Part shown: positions 55,805 through 64,000 of the stretch, piece after piece
How positions within the stretch are numbered: position 1 is the first letter of the stretch
How the letters are laid out: every line of letters starts with the position of its first letter
From: Fidelibacterota bacterium
GTDB taxonomy: Bacteria; Fidelibacterota; UBA8477; JABMPR01
NCBI GenBank assembly: GCA_018650445.1
Contig: JABIFX010000214.1
Coordinates: forward strand, 2,174 to 66,173
Length of the DNA: 64,000 bases
Reading direction: 5' to 3'
The notes under the pieces: generated by a model
Told to the model about the DNA's origin: nothing
Databases searched by the model: none
The model's input: only the letters and a program-made list of their open reading frames with translations
Program-made: the position numbers and the translations under genes

Positions 55805-57724
55805 ATGAGTTCTCATTTCTCTGAGTCACTTGAAACCCTAACCCGCTATCAGCGTTATCAAAGTCGAGTGGTGAACATTGGCGATATTCCCATGGGTGGA
55901 GACAATCCCATTCGAGTTCAATCCATGACAAACACCAACACCATGGATACTCTGGCCACCGTTGAACAAACGATTCGTCTGGTGGATGCCGGTTGTGAAT
56001 ATGTCAGAATTACTGCCCCGAGTGTCAAAGAAGCCCAAAATCTGGCCGCAATAAAAGCTGAGTTAAAGAAACGGGGCTACACCGTTCCTCTAATCGCAGA
56101 TATACATTTTGTGCCACGAGCAGCTGAAGAAGCTGCCAAATTGGTAGAGAAAGTGCGCGTGAATCCAGGGAATTACGTAGATCGTAAAAGATTTCAAGAA
56201 CTGGAATACAACCAGAACGAGTACCAGGCCGAATTGGATCGCATCGAAAAGAGATTCACACCTCTGGTGAATCTGTGCCGAGAAGAAGGAACGGCTATGC
56301 GCATAGGTTCCAACCACGGATCACTTTCGGACAGAATCCTCAGTCACTATGGTGATACTCCACAGGGCATGGTTGAGTCAGCCATGGAATTTGTGCGGAT
56401 CTGTGCAGCAAATCAATACCATGAGCTGGTCATCTCCATGAAAGCCAGTAATACTCGGATCATGATACAGGCCTATCGATTGCTGGTGCATCAGATGCAT
56501 CGTGAGGGATTTAGCTATCCCCTCCATCTGGGAGTGACTGAGGCTGGTGATGGTGATGATGCACGCATCAAATCATCACTGGGAATTGGTTCTCTCCTTC
56601 GTGATGGCCTAGGTGACACAATCAGGGTTTCACTAACAGAAGCTCCAGAGGCAGAAATTCCAGTGGCACTTTCAATCGTAAAATCAATTGAAAGCCTTCC
56701 ACAGCACCAGGCTATTGCGCCTCTATCCAATCTTCCAATCAATTTATTTGAATACCAGCGCAGAGAGACCCCAGCGACAACATCCATTGGTGCAGACAAT
56801 GTCCCCGTCGTCATAGCTGACCTATCTGAAATGAAAGAGGTCAACGACGATCTACTGATCTCAGCTGGATACTATTTTGATTTGTTAAGCAATACCTGGA
56901 TAAGTGGTGATCAGGGAGCAGATATTCTCTATTTTGGTCAGAATACTCCAGATATTCGACTTTCAGATAATACGCTAAGACTCTATGACTCAGAGATATG
57001 GACTGATTTGATGCCCAAGGATAGTTGCTATCCATTATATACTCTGGATTCGTATTCATCTGCGTTGGTAAAACATGATGTAGCCAATTTCATTCACATT
57101 AGTACAAGCACATCAATCGATGAACTGCCCAGAGCGTCCAATATTATCTGGCTTCTCGGTTCGGACAATGAACATCAAATCGCTGATTTGCGAAGATTCA
57201 TTTTTGAATTAATGAACATGGGAATCCAGCAGCCCGTCATCCTATTAAACCGATTCACAGATCAGCACCGTGGGGAATTCTTGCTGGCTGCATCTGCTGA
57301 AATCGGCTCTATTCTAAACGATGGTCTGGCTGATGGCATATGGTTGCGGTCAACCCAGCTTGAGACCAAAGATCTGAATGAAATTGCATTCGGTGTCCTA
57401 CAGGCCAGCCGAAGTCGTATGACCAAGACTGAATACATCGCCTGTCCCTCCTGTGGTAGAACTCTTTTCGATTTGGAGGAAGTGACTGCTCAAATCCGTG
57501 AACGTACCAGTCATTTGAAGGGTGTTAAAATTGGGATCATGGGTTGCATTGTGAATGGACCCGGTGAAATGGCAGATGCTGATTTTGGCTATGTTGGTAC
57601 TGGGCCAGGCAAAATTTCTCTATATCGTGGTCAGATGGTGGTTCGACCTCATGTCCCACAAATTGAGGCCGTGGATTCATTGATTGACCTGATAAAAAGT
57701 GAAGGCTATTGGATCGATCCTTGA
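55805..57724 (+). CDS. ispG: 4-hydroxy-3-methylbut-2-enyl diphosphate synthase, long form with inserted domain
   Basis: N-terminal TIM barrel (IRVQSMTNT, RVNPGN) and an insert of about 270 aa. The C-terminal 4Fe-4S domain has CPSCGRT and GCIVNGPGE. At 639 aa it matches the long IspG type known from Bacteroidota, Chlamydiae and plastids. Confidence 0.95.
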   Translation: MSSHFSESLETLTRYQRYQSRVVNIGDIPMGGDNPIRVQSMTNTNTMDTLATVEQTIRLVDAGCEYVRITAPSVKEAQNLAAIKAELKKRGYTVPLIADIHFVPRAAEEAAKLVEKVRVNPGNYVDRKRFQELEYNQNEYQAELDRIEKRFTPLVNLCREEGTAMRIGSNHGSLSDRILSHYGDTPQGMVESAMEFVRICAANQYHELVISMKASNTRIMIQAYRLLVHQMHREGFSYPLHLGVTEAGDGDDARIKSSLGIGSLLRDGLGDTIRVSLTEAPEAEIPVALSIVKSIESLPQHQAIAPLSNLPINLFEYQRRETPATTSIGADNVPVVIADLSEMKEVNDDLLISAGYYFDLLSNTWISGDQGADILYFGQNTPDIRLSDNTLRLYDSEIWTDLMPKDSCYPLYTLDSYSSALVKHDVANFIHISTSTSIDELPRASNIIWLLGSDNEHQIADLRRFIFELMNMGIQQPVILLNRFTDQHRGEFLLAASAEIGSILNDGLADGIWLRSTQLETKDLNEIAFGVLQASRSRMTKTEYIACPSCGRTLFDLEEVTAQIRERTSHLKGVKIGIMGCIVNGPGEMADADFGYVGTGPGKISLYRGQMVVRPHVPQIEAVDSLIDLIKSEGYWIDP

Positions 57725-57859
57725 TTCCATCATTTTTTAACCAGGATGGCGTTGGTAATTCCTGATTAAGTAGTCCTTGTTCTTAGGTATTTTTTTGTAT
57801 ACTGTATTTGAATCTGAGCTTAGATTTAGCGTATTATTAATAAACCAGTAGGAAATTCT

Positions 57860-58723
57860 ATGAGGCACCCTCTTTTTTGCATTGCAGTTTTCACATTATC
57901 CCTGTTCCAGCCCTCGTTTGCTCAAGATGCCAGAAACCTTGGCACTGCAGAAGAGCATGTAGCCTTTGCTCAAAGTATTTATTGGTCTGCCCTGACTCCC
58001 TCTGAGAAGCAGACTTTTCTGTTCGCCTATATTTCCAGCGCATATGAAATGCGTAAACTCGTCAATTCTACTATCGCCACCTCTCCACGGAATACGCATC
58101 AATTTAATGAGGAAATTGATAATTTATTTTTGATCTGGCAAAATCTTTTGGTTATGGAAGACAATGGCGATGCAGCCATGGATGAATTCATCGGTTGGAT
58201 TGATCTGTATTTCGAAATTGACGCTAACAAATCAAATCCATTTATCAATGCCATAAAATATGCCCATCAAAAAATCAAATCTGACGATAAATCAGTCCTG
58301 GAATTGTTCTGGGGTAAAAAAACAGCTCCCGACTCCCGACTTCCTAAGGACGAGGTTCTTGAGCAAAAGGCGATCGAACGCAAAATCGCTGCATCTGAAG
58401 CAAGAAAGAGTGTTGATTCTGCTGTGGAGATAGATCCTCCCATGGCATATAAGCCCCTGGGCGCCTCGCCTACCACTGCTTTTCTCCTCACTGATGAGGA
58501 GCTCAGAATCATTGCCCTGGCTGTTGAAACAGAATGTCTAAATAAGAATCAGCCTGATGCTTTACAAGATCCTGTCAGACTCGAAACTCTCGCTCGCAAA
58601 CACGGCTTTGAGAGTATGTCCGCTTTCAATCTTAAATTTTCACATGCTCAATCAAATGAGCAGCGCTGGAAATACATGAACAAACTCATTATCGAACAGG
58701 CTTTCGATCAAAACTGTATGTAA
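57860..58723 (+). CDS. Hypothetical secreted protein
   Basis: Signal peptide MRHPLFCIAVFTLSLFQPSFAQ. I recognise no family. Confidence 0.55.
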   Translation: MRHPLFCIAVFTLSLFQPSFAQDARNLGTAEEHVAFAQSIYWSALTPSEKQTFLFAYISSAYEMRKLVNSTIATSPRNTHQFNEEIDNLFLIWQNLLVMEDNGDAAMDEFIGWIDLYFEIDANKSNPFINAIKYAHQKIKSDDKSVLELFWGKKTAPDSRLPKDEVLEQKAIERKIAASEARKSVDSAVEIDPPMAYKPLGASPTTAFLLTDEELRIIALAVETECLNKNQPDALQDPVRLETLARKHGFESMSAFNLKFSHAQSNEQRWKYMNKLIIEQAFDQNCM

Positions 58724-58862
58724 GATCCTGTTCCATAACTTGATCTAGAGAATATGTCCAGCTAACCAGGTACATTCTCTACCGCTCCACTCTAAAACAG
58801 TATCCTCATTAGAAAGGTTTTCTTGCCTTTCAATTTTGTCATTCTTCAAAAAGGAGTTTGCT

Positions 58863-60398
58863 ATGCTGGCACGTGTATTAAGCAGTTCACTAATTGGAAT
58901 AGATCCCTATCTGGTTGAAGTCGAGGTCAATGTTGAGGGCCACGCCTTTCGATACTCAACGGTTGGACTACCAGAGTTGGCAGTGAGAGAAAGTAAGGAC
59001 AGGGTGATCTCAGCCATCAAAAATAGTGGGTTCAGATTCCCACCCAAGGCATACACAATCAATCTGGCCCCTGCTGACATTAAAAAAGAGGGCTCAGCGT
59101 TTGATCTTCCCATCGCCATTGGCATTCTGGCCGCTTTGGGGATAGTCATCCATGAAGACCTCGATGACTATGTGCTTATGGGTGAATTGTCATTAGATGG
59201 TACTCTACGTGGCGTAAAGGGGGCTCTACCTTCAGCTGTGGGTGTACATGAGCATGAGATGAAGGGACTCATTCTACCCGCTCAGAATGCCCGTGAGGCA
59301 GCTGTAACTGGAAATATTGATGTTATACCCATTAACACCTTGCTGGAAGCCATCCGTTTTCTAAATGGGGAGCAAATAATTGAGCCAGTAGAAGTAAATG
59401 CAGAACATCTGTTTTCAGAAGCACAGTGCTATCCAGTTGATCTAGCTGATGTCAGAGGACAAGCCCATGTAAAGCGGGCACTTGAAGTAGCTGCATCAGG
59501 TGGTCACAATGTCCTCATGATAGGTCCTCCTGGATCAGGCAAAACCATGCTGGCTAAACGATTTCCAACCATTCTTCCTCAAATGACTCTCGAGGAAGCC
59601 CTGGAAACCACCAAGATTCATTCCATAGCAGGCATGGTCAAAACTGAAGGTCTTGTAGCCACCCGACCTTTCAGATCACCTCATCATACCATTTCAGACG
59701 CTGCATTGGTTGGTGGTGGTCGTATTCCGCGCCCAGGAGAGGTTAGTCTGGCGCATCATGGTGTGTTATTCCTGGATGAACTGCCGGAGTTTCAGAAAAA
59801 TGTACTGGAGGTGTTACGACAACCTCTTGAAAACACAGAAGTCACTATCAGTCGTGCCAGCATGAGCCTCACCTATCCTGCCAATTTTATCCTTCTGAGC
59901 GCAATGAATCCCTGCCCCTGTGGTTATAGCAGTGATCCCCGGCATGAATGCACCTGCAGCAGTGTAGGCATTCAGAAATACATGGCTAAAATCTCTGGAC
60001 CACTTCTAGATCGGATTGACCTGCATATAGAGGTACCAGCAATCCCCTTTGAAGCCTTATCCAGTAAAGAAGAAGGAGAATCCTCATATGAGGTCAGAAA
60101 GCGGGTTCAGTTAGCCAGGAACACTCAAATCAAACGCTTTGCAGATGAGCCACATATTCATTCCAATGCTGATATGCCGCCAAAAATGATCCGAGGGCTC
60201 TGCAAGGTTGATGGTGAGTCAGCTTCCTTGCTTAAATCTGCTATCACCAACCTCGGTTTAAGTGCTCGAGCCTATGATCGCATTCTTAAGGTTTCACGGA
60301 CAATAGCTGATCTATCAGAGTGCTCTGAAATTCGAGCTGAGCATATATCAGAAGCCATTCAGTACCGTACTCTGGATAGACAATTATGGATGTCCTGA
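58863..60398 (+). CDS. comM: Mg-chelatase-like AAA+ protein YifB/ComM
   Basis: ATG 58863 has AAGGAG upstream and starts MLARVLSSSLIGIDPYLVEVE. It has a Lon-protease-like N-domain, Walker A GPPGSGKT, Walker B VLFLDELPEF, and CPCGY...C.C. Confidence 0.9.
   Translation: MLARVLSSSLIGIDPYLVEVEVNVEGHAFRYSTVGLPELAVRESKDRVISAIKNSGFRFPPKAYTINLAPADIKKEGSAFDLPIAIGILAALGIVIHEDLDDYVLMGELSLDGTLRGVKGALPSAVGVHEHEMKGLILPAQNAREAAVTGNIDVIPINTLLEAIRFLNGEQIIEPVEVNAEHLFSEAQCYPVDLADVRGQAHVKRALEVAASGGHNVLMIGPPGSGKTMLAKRFPTILPQMTLEEALETTKIHSIAGMVKTEGLVATRPFRSPHHTISDAALVGGGRIPRPGEVSLAHHGVLFLDELPEFQKNVLEVLRQPLENTEVTISRASMSLTYPANFILLSAMNPCPCGYSSDPRHECTCSSVGIQKYMAKISGPLLDRIDLHIEVPAIPFEALSSKEEGESSYEVRKRVQLARNTQIKRFADEPHIHSNADMPPKMIRGLCKVDGESASLLKSAITNLGLSARAYDRILKVSRTIADLSECSEIRAEHISEAIQYRTLDRQLWMS
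60308..60392. repeat. 85-bp direct repeat, copy 1 (functional 3' end of comM)
   Basis: TGATCTATCAGAGTGCTCTGAAATTCGAGCTGAGCATATATCAGAAGCCATTCAGTACCGTACTCTGGATAGACAATTATGGATG is identical base-for-base to 62116-62200. Confidence 0.95.
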
Positions 60399-60672
60399 TT
60401 AGCAATTCATGCGTTTTTGAGTTGGTGGGTTAGTGTCTCCCTGAGGATGAGCACTTCGGTCAACTCAGTACAATCTGCGCAGTGTTTCGAAGGGAGTATT
60501 TTTCTATTTGGCGAAGTTTCTGAGTTTTGGTCTCATAGACTCGATTATTGGGCCATATCGTATCATTAAATGCATATGCTGATTTCAGTGTTGCTGTAAT
60601 TAACTGTGGGATAGAGTGTTACGGGATAACGCCGTGGGATACATAATCCCTAGCCGTTCAACTTGAACATGT

Positions 60673-60701
60673 TAAAAAGCCCCAGACAATTGTCTGGGGC
60701 T
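60673..60701 (-). terminator. Rho-independent terminator of the esterase gene
   Basis: The minus strand reads GCCCCAGACA-AT-TGTCTGGGGC followed by TTTTT, 25 nt after the stop at 60727. The effective stem is about 8 bp. Confidence 0.7.
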
Positions 60702-60726
60702 TCCATAAGTGTGGCACAGTTACTGG

Positions 60727-61947
60727 TTATTTGAGATACAACATCTTGATCGTTTGACTATACTGTCCGGCTTGGAGTCGAGTAAAATAGACACCCGTAG
60801 TCACTTGATTCCCGGATTGATCCACCCCACTCCAGTTGATCTCATAGTGACCTGCAAGCTGCTCTTCATTCTCAAGAGTAACGACTTCTCGACCGGTCAC
60901 ATCATAAATAGTGATATTTACATTTGAGATTTCTGGCAAATCGTAGTTGATTGTGGTAGTGGGGTTGAAGGGGTTGGGGTGGTTCTCATACAAGCTGGGT
61001 TCCGCTATTCCTGAAAAATCATGGTCATCAATTTGTACCGCTCCAGTGGGATGAGGATTTGCCTGAAAGAATTTCATGATCTCATCATTCGCAGAAATAT
61101 CCCGATTGGATAATCCAGGTGTTGTCACACCAGGCCATCGGTGTTTTCCATTATTTATCCTATAAAACAATACTTCTGTTTCTGCCTCACAATTCTGGTA
61201 TGTAATCAAAGTTACGGTACTACTATCTTCAGTGTTGATATTGGGTAGATCCGTGACAAGCGAATCTGATATGCAGCCATTGGCATGAGCAAAGAAGGAT
61301 GGAGTAGCGGCAATGGGTGGGTAATTCTGGTCTCCAGCTTCTGGAAACCAGGGGTCATCTGTCCCAAATATCACGAGGGCTGAGATCGGTCTTGAGGGCT
61401 GCAATGAATCCAGATGATGATAGTATAGGCCACCTGACACACCTGCAACAGAAGCTACCTTATCTGCGAGTACACAGCCGAGATAGAAAACCATTTCTGC
61501 TCCAGTTGAAAATCCAGTCACATGGATTCTGCTCGAGTCCACATTGTAATTGGATTTGATATCATTGATCAATTCTTCCGTAAAGCTGATATCATTATGA
61601 CCAGCAGAATATGCACCTGGGACATTCCAACCGTAATCTGAATCCCCCCAAATTAGATCTGTAACAACGAGTCCCTGTGGATAAACAACTAAAAACTCTG
61701 CCGTATCTGCATCAACATTCATAACAGTATAGTTCATATGTAGATCTGCAGTGTGAGTGTACCCATGAAAATTAATGATAACTGGCCATGCATTTTGACC
61801 AGTATAAGTAGCTGGGGTATAGGTTTTATAAGTTCTCGTTGTATCAAAATGTGTGAATGAATGCGTGAAAACGGTTCCAGTTTGACAGAAGCATATCTTT
61901 GTGATTATAGAAATCACTATAGATATATTAATAATAATCCTGATCAT
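60727..61947 (-). CDS. Esterase (PHB-depolymerase/feruloyl-esterase-like alpha/beta hydrolase) with T9SS C-terminal sorting domain
   Basis: TRTYKTYTPATYTGQNAWPVIINFHGY and the nucleophile elbow GFSTGAEM. The C-terminus YENHPNPFNPTTTINYDLPEISNVNITIYDVTGREVVTL...GVYFTRLQAGQYSQTIKMLYLK is a type-A T9SS CTD. Confidence 0.8.
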   Translation of the reverse strand: MIRIIINISIVISIITKICFCQTGTVFTHSFTHFDTTRTYKTYTPATYTGQNAWPVIINFHGYTHTADLHMNYTVMNVDADTAEFLVVYPQGLVVTDLIWGDSDYGWNVPGAYSAGHNDISFTEELINDIKSNYNVDSSRIHVTGFSTGAEMVFYLGCVLADKVASVAGVSGGLYYHHLDSLQPSRPISALVIFGTDDPWFPEAGDQNYPPIAATPSFFAHANGCISDSLVTDLPNINTEDSSTVTLITYQNCEAETEVLFYRINNGKHRWPGVTTPGLSNRDISANDEIMKFFQANPHPTGAVQIDDHDFSGIAEPSLYENHPNPFNPTTTINYDLPEISNVNITIYDVTGREVVTLENEEQLAGHYEINWSGVDQSGNQVTTGVYFTRLQAGQYSQTIKMLYLK

Positions 61948-62115
61948 GCTGTCCCCCTATCGGTTGGATTCCCCAAGTGTTGAGCAGTGAGAAGGAGTCT
62001 CAGATGAGGTAGATCGAGATCGAATGTGAATGTGGCAACTATAATAACCTTATTTCTGCTAATTAGCAAATGGAGTGGAGGAAGCAAGCGGTCTTAGATA
62101 TATGTGCTACACCTA

Positions 62116-62200
62116 TGATCTATCAGAGTGCTCTGAAATTCGAGCTGAGCATATATCAGAAGCCATTCAGTACCGTACTCTGGATAGACAATTATGGATG
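62116..62200. repeat. 85-bp direct repeat, copy 2
   Basis: Identical to 60308-60392. The flanks diverge immediately on both sides. Confidence 0.95.
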
Positions 62201-62206
62201 GCGTAG
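62117..62206 (+). pseudogene. Displaced 3'-terminal fragment of comM (29 codons + TAG)
   Basis: It translates to DLSECSEIRAEHISEAIQYRTLDRQLWMA*. The intact gene ends ...QLWMS* (TGA). Confidence 0.8.
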
Positions 62207-62255
62207 CTGGGTTCTTGAGTTTTATGCACTTTATGAGTTTGAGAGTTAATATGGT

Positions 62256-64000
62256 TTATGAGTTGGTTGGTGATGCGGTTTTTGGGTTGACCTGGGGTAG
62301 CATTTTAGCTTGAGGACGACCAATTTGGCGTGATACTTTCACTTTATCAAGGAACTCTATATGCCTGACTGTCAGAGAGATTGCCCCAAAGTCCTCTTCT
62401 ACAAGGCCGCGCAAAAGATAGGGACGTGCATTGCTGAGCATACGACAAAACTTCCGATAGACTTTTGGAAAGAAGACGGTTTCATATATGGCTGTCGTAT
62501 CCTCAAAGCTAATGAACTCCATAGGTTCATCATTTTTCGTATGAACCACCTTTCCCGTGATAAGCCAGCCAATCACTGGCACTTCCTTCCCGATGTACTT
62601 CCGTAGATCGCAGGCCCGTACATAGGTCAAATGCTGCAGTAGCTTTGCGTACAGATTCAATGGATGACGTGAGATAAGAAAGCCCAATACATCGGCCTCA
62701 TGGATGAGCATTGTTTTTTCAGAGTATGCCCCTGTGTCAGGAATGTAGTAGCTGTCACGTTCATTTAGATCCAGCAGAGATACTGGTTTATCACGTCGCT
62801 GTTGGCTGGCTCTGGCCTGATACAGCTGCCACATGAGTCCAGGTCGAGCTTCTATGCCTTCTACACCATCAAAGCAGCCTGCTTTTATCAGGATGCGAAC
62901 ATCTGACTGGTCCAGTTCAGGCATGCGTCTTAAAAAACTCTCAAATGAGTCAAAACGGCCATTTGACTCGCGCTCAGCAATGATGTGCTCCAGAGCTGTT
63001 CGTTTGATCCCCTTAAGTTGCATAAAGCCGATCTGCACCCAGTCATTTAGCCCAGTATGGCGAATTTCTGAGATATTGATACTGGGAAGCAAGACTTTCA
63101 GACCAAGACGACGTGCTTCAGAGTAATACCCAAAGGTGGAGTAGTAACCACCCAGATTGGTCATGACGGATGCGATAAACTCCGCAGGATAGTGGGCTTT
63201 CAGGTAGGCTGATTTGAATGAAACCAGAGCATATGAGGCAGAATGGGGCTTACAAAAGGAATAGCCTGAAAAGGACATGATCATTTCCCAGAGGGTCTCG
63301 ATGATGCTATCTGCCACACCATTCTGACGGGCACCCCTCACAAACTTCTCACAATAATCACGGAGCTTGGCCTCTTTGTGTTTCTTGGACATGACCTTAC
63401 GCAATTCATTGCCTTCATCAGCATTAAAACCGGCAAGACGCATGGCGACTCTGGTGACATCTTCCTGGTAAACCATTATGCCATAGGTCTCTTTGAGGGT
63501 TTCATCAAGTAAGGGATGAAGCGGATCATAGTCACCACCATGGAGGCGACGGACAAATTCCCGGATCCATTTGTTGGCTGCAGGGCGAATAATACTGGAG
63601 GCAATGACCAGGTTTTCATAGTCACCGGTTTGCATCTTGCTCAGCAGTTGCCGTGTGGCTGGAGACTCAACATAAAAGCAGCCCATGGTGCGGGCAGTAC
63701 GGATAAGTTCCTGCGTTCGTAAATCTTCAAGGGGGTTTAGCTTCCAATATGGGATATCTACTCCATAATGTTCATGGACATCGGCTAGAATATCCCGAAT
63801 AACAGCCAGGGAACGATTCCCGAGAAGATCAATCTTAATCAATCCAAAGTCTTCTGCCTGATCTTTCTCCCATTGGATAATCTGAACTCCCTTGGGTGCA
63901 CGCTGGATCGGGACATAGCTTCTGATTTCCTGTGGTGTCAAGACAACTCCCCCGGGATGCACGCTCAGGTGTCTGGGAAATCCAGCAAGATAGAAGCCAT
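62256..64000 (-). CDS. DNA polymerase III alpha-family protein, C-terminal about 580 aa (DnaE2/ImuC-like, N-terminus beyond window)
   Basis: The ORF is open to the window edge. It has ...HPGGVVLTP (HxxG palm motif), LLGNRSL, GCFYVESP, YQEDV and an OB-fold region near the C-terminus. The length after the HPGG motif (about 565 aa) fits short DnaE2-type enzymes better than DnaE1. Confidence 0.8.
   Translation of the reverse strand, partial: GFYLAGFPRHLSVHPGGVVLTPQEIRSYVPIQRAPKGVQIIQWEKDQAEDFGLIKIDLLGNRSLAVIRDILADVHEHYGVDIPYWKLNPLEDLRTQELIRTARTMGCFYVESPATRQLLSKMQTGDYENLVIASSIIRPAANKWIREFVRRLHGGDYDPLHPLLDETLKETYGIMVYQEDVTRVAMRLAGFNADEGNELRKVMSKKHKEAKLRDYCEKFVRGARQNGVADSIIETLWEMIMSFSGYSFCKPHSASYALVSFKSAYLKAHYPAEFIASVMTNLGGYYSTFGYYSEARRLGLKVLLPSINISEIRHTGLNDWVQIGFMQLKGIKRTALEHIIAERESNGRFDSFESFLRRMPELDQSDVRILIKAGCFDGVEGIEARPGLMWQLYQARASQQRRDKPVSLLDLNERDSYYIPDTGAYSEKTMLIHEADVLGFLISRHPLNLYAKLLQHLTYVRACDLRKYIGKEVPVIGWLITGKVVHTKNDEPMEFISFEDTTAIYETVFFPKVYRKFCRMLSNARPYLLRGLVEEDFGAISLTVRHIEFLDKVKVSRQIGRPQAKMLPQVNPKTASPTNS

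Larger units (their letters stand above)
60393..62115. mobile_element. 1.7-kb insertion bounded by the 85-bp direct repeats (remnant or non-autonomous integrated element; no recombinase)
   Basis: The segment lies between the two repeat copies. It contains 328 bp of non-coding DNA, one esterase gene with its own terminator, and 168 bp of non-coding DNA. Confidence 0.35.

Noticed and set aside
60441-60452. CTGAGGATGAG resembling the hammerhead ribozyme CUGAUGA core, in the non-coding arm of the insertion
   Set aside because: The match is inexact (extra G), there is no GAAA(C) partner box, and the required three-stem geometry cannot be drawn nearby.
60411-62290. Possible extension of the repeat beyond 85 bp (GAGTTGGTGGGTT after copy 1 against GAGTTGGTTGGTG after copy 2)
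   Set aside because: The two motifs lie at different distances from the repeat ends (about 28 nt and about 70 nt). The second lies within the polymerase coding sequence. This is probably chance similarity.
1-64000. CRISPR arrays, rRNA genes, IS elements, integrases, toxin-antitoxin pairs or known defence-system genes
   Set aside because: No spaced short repeats, transposase or recombinase motifs, or nuclease/ATPase defence signatures appeared in any frame. The only repeat longer than about 20 bp that I could find by eye is the 85-bp comM duplication.

Overview
This is a 64-kb chromosomal segment, mostly housekeeping, from a diderm bacterium. Two type-IX-secretion C-terminal sorting domains, two PorV/PorQ-like barrels, a GWxTD protein and a long-form IspG suggest an FCB-superphylum lineage (Bacteroidota relatives such as Marinimicrobia, Ignavibacteria or Fibrobacteres). 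That placement is inference only.

I support about 55 CDS, one tRNA-Gly(GCC) and several intrinsic terminators. I found no rRNA, CRISPR array, transposase or integrase. Thirty-nine consecutive genes (11.6-52.4 kb) lie on the minus strand, many with overlapping stop and start codons. They include coaD/rsmD, hrcA-grpE-dnaJ, ftsEX, nadD, bamD, a T9SS block, nrdR-glyA-rpiB and mreBCD-mrdA-rodA.

Four observations deserve a second look:
1. A lipoprotein gene (53138-54286, minus) is split in the ORF track by a single in-frame TGA inside a CG-TGA motif. A hairpin follows 12 nt downstream. It is either a candidate selenoprotein or a pseudogene.
2. A perfect 85-bp direct repeat duplicates the 3' end of comM. 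The two copies bracket a 1.7-kb insertion that carries only a T9SS-sorted esterase, an att-like scar with no recombinase.
3. An envelope block next to PorV and BamD encodes a catalytically degenerate M6-like T9SS cargo and a 1041-aa protein combining an HExxH domain, a TolB-like propeller and an Omp85-like barrel. A strong terminator sits in the porV leader.
4. A ComEA-linked cluster contains a degenerate PilM-like protein and two large bitopic membrane proteins of unknown function.

All product calls come from motif recognition by eye. No database search was run.
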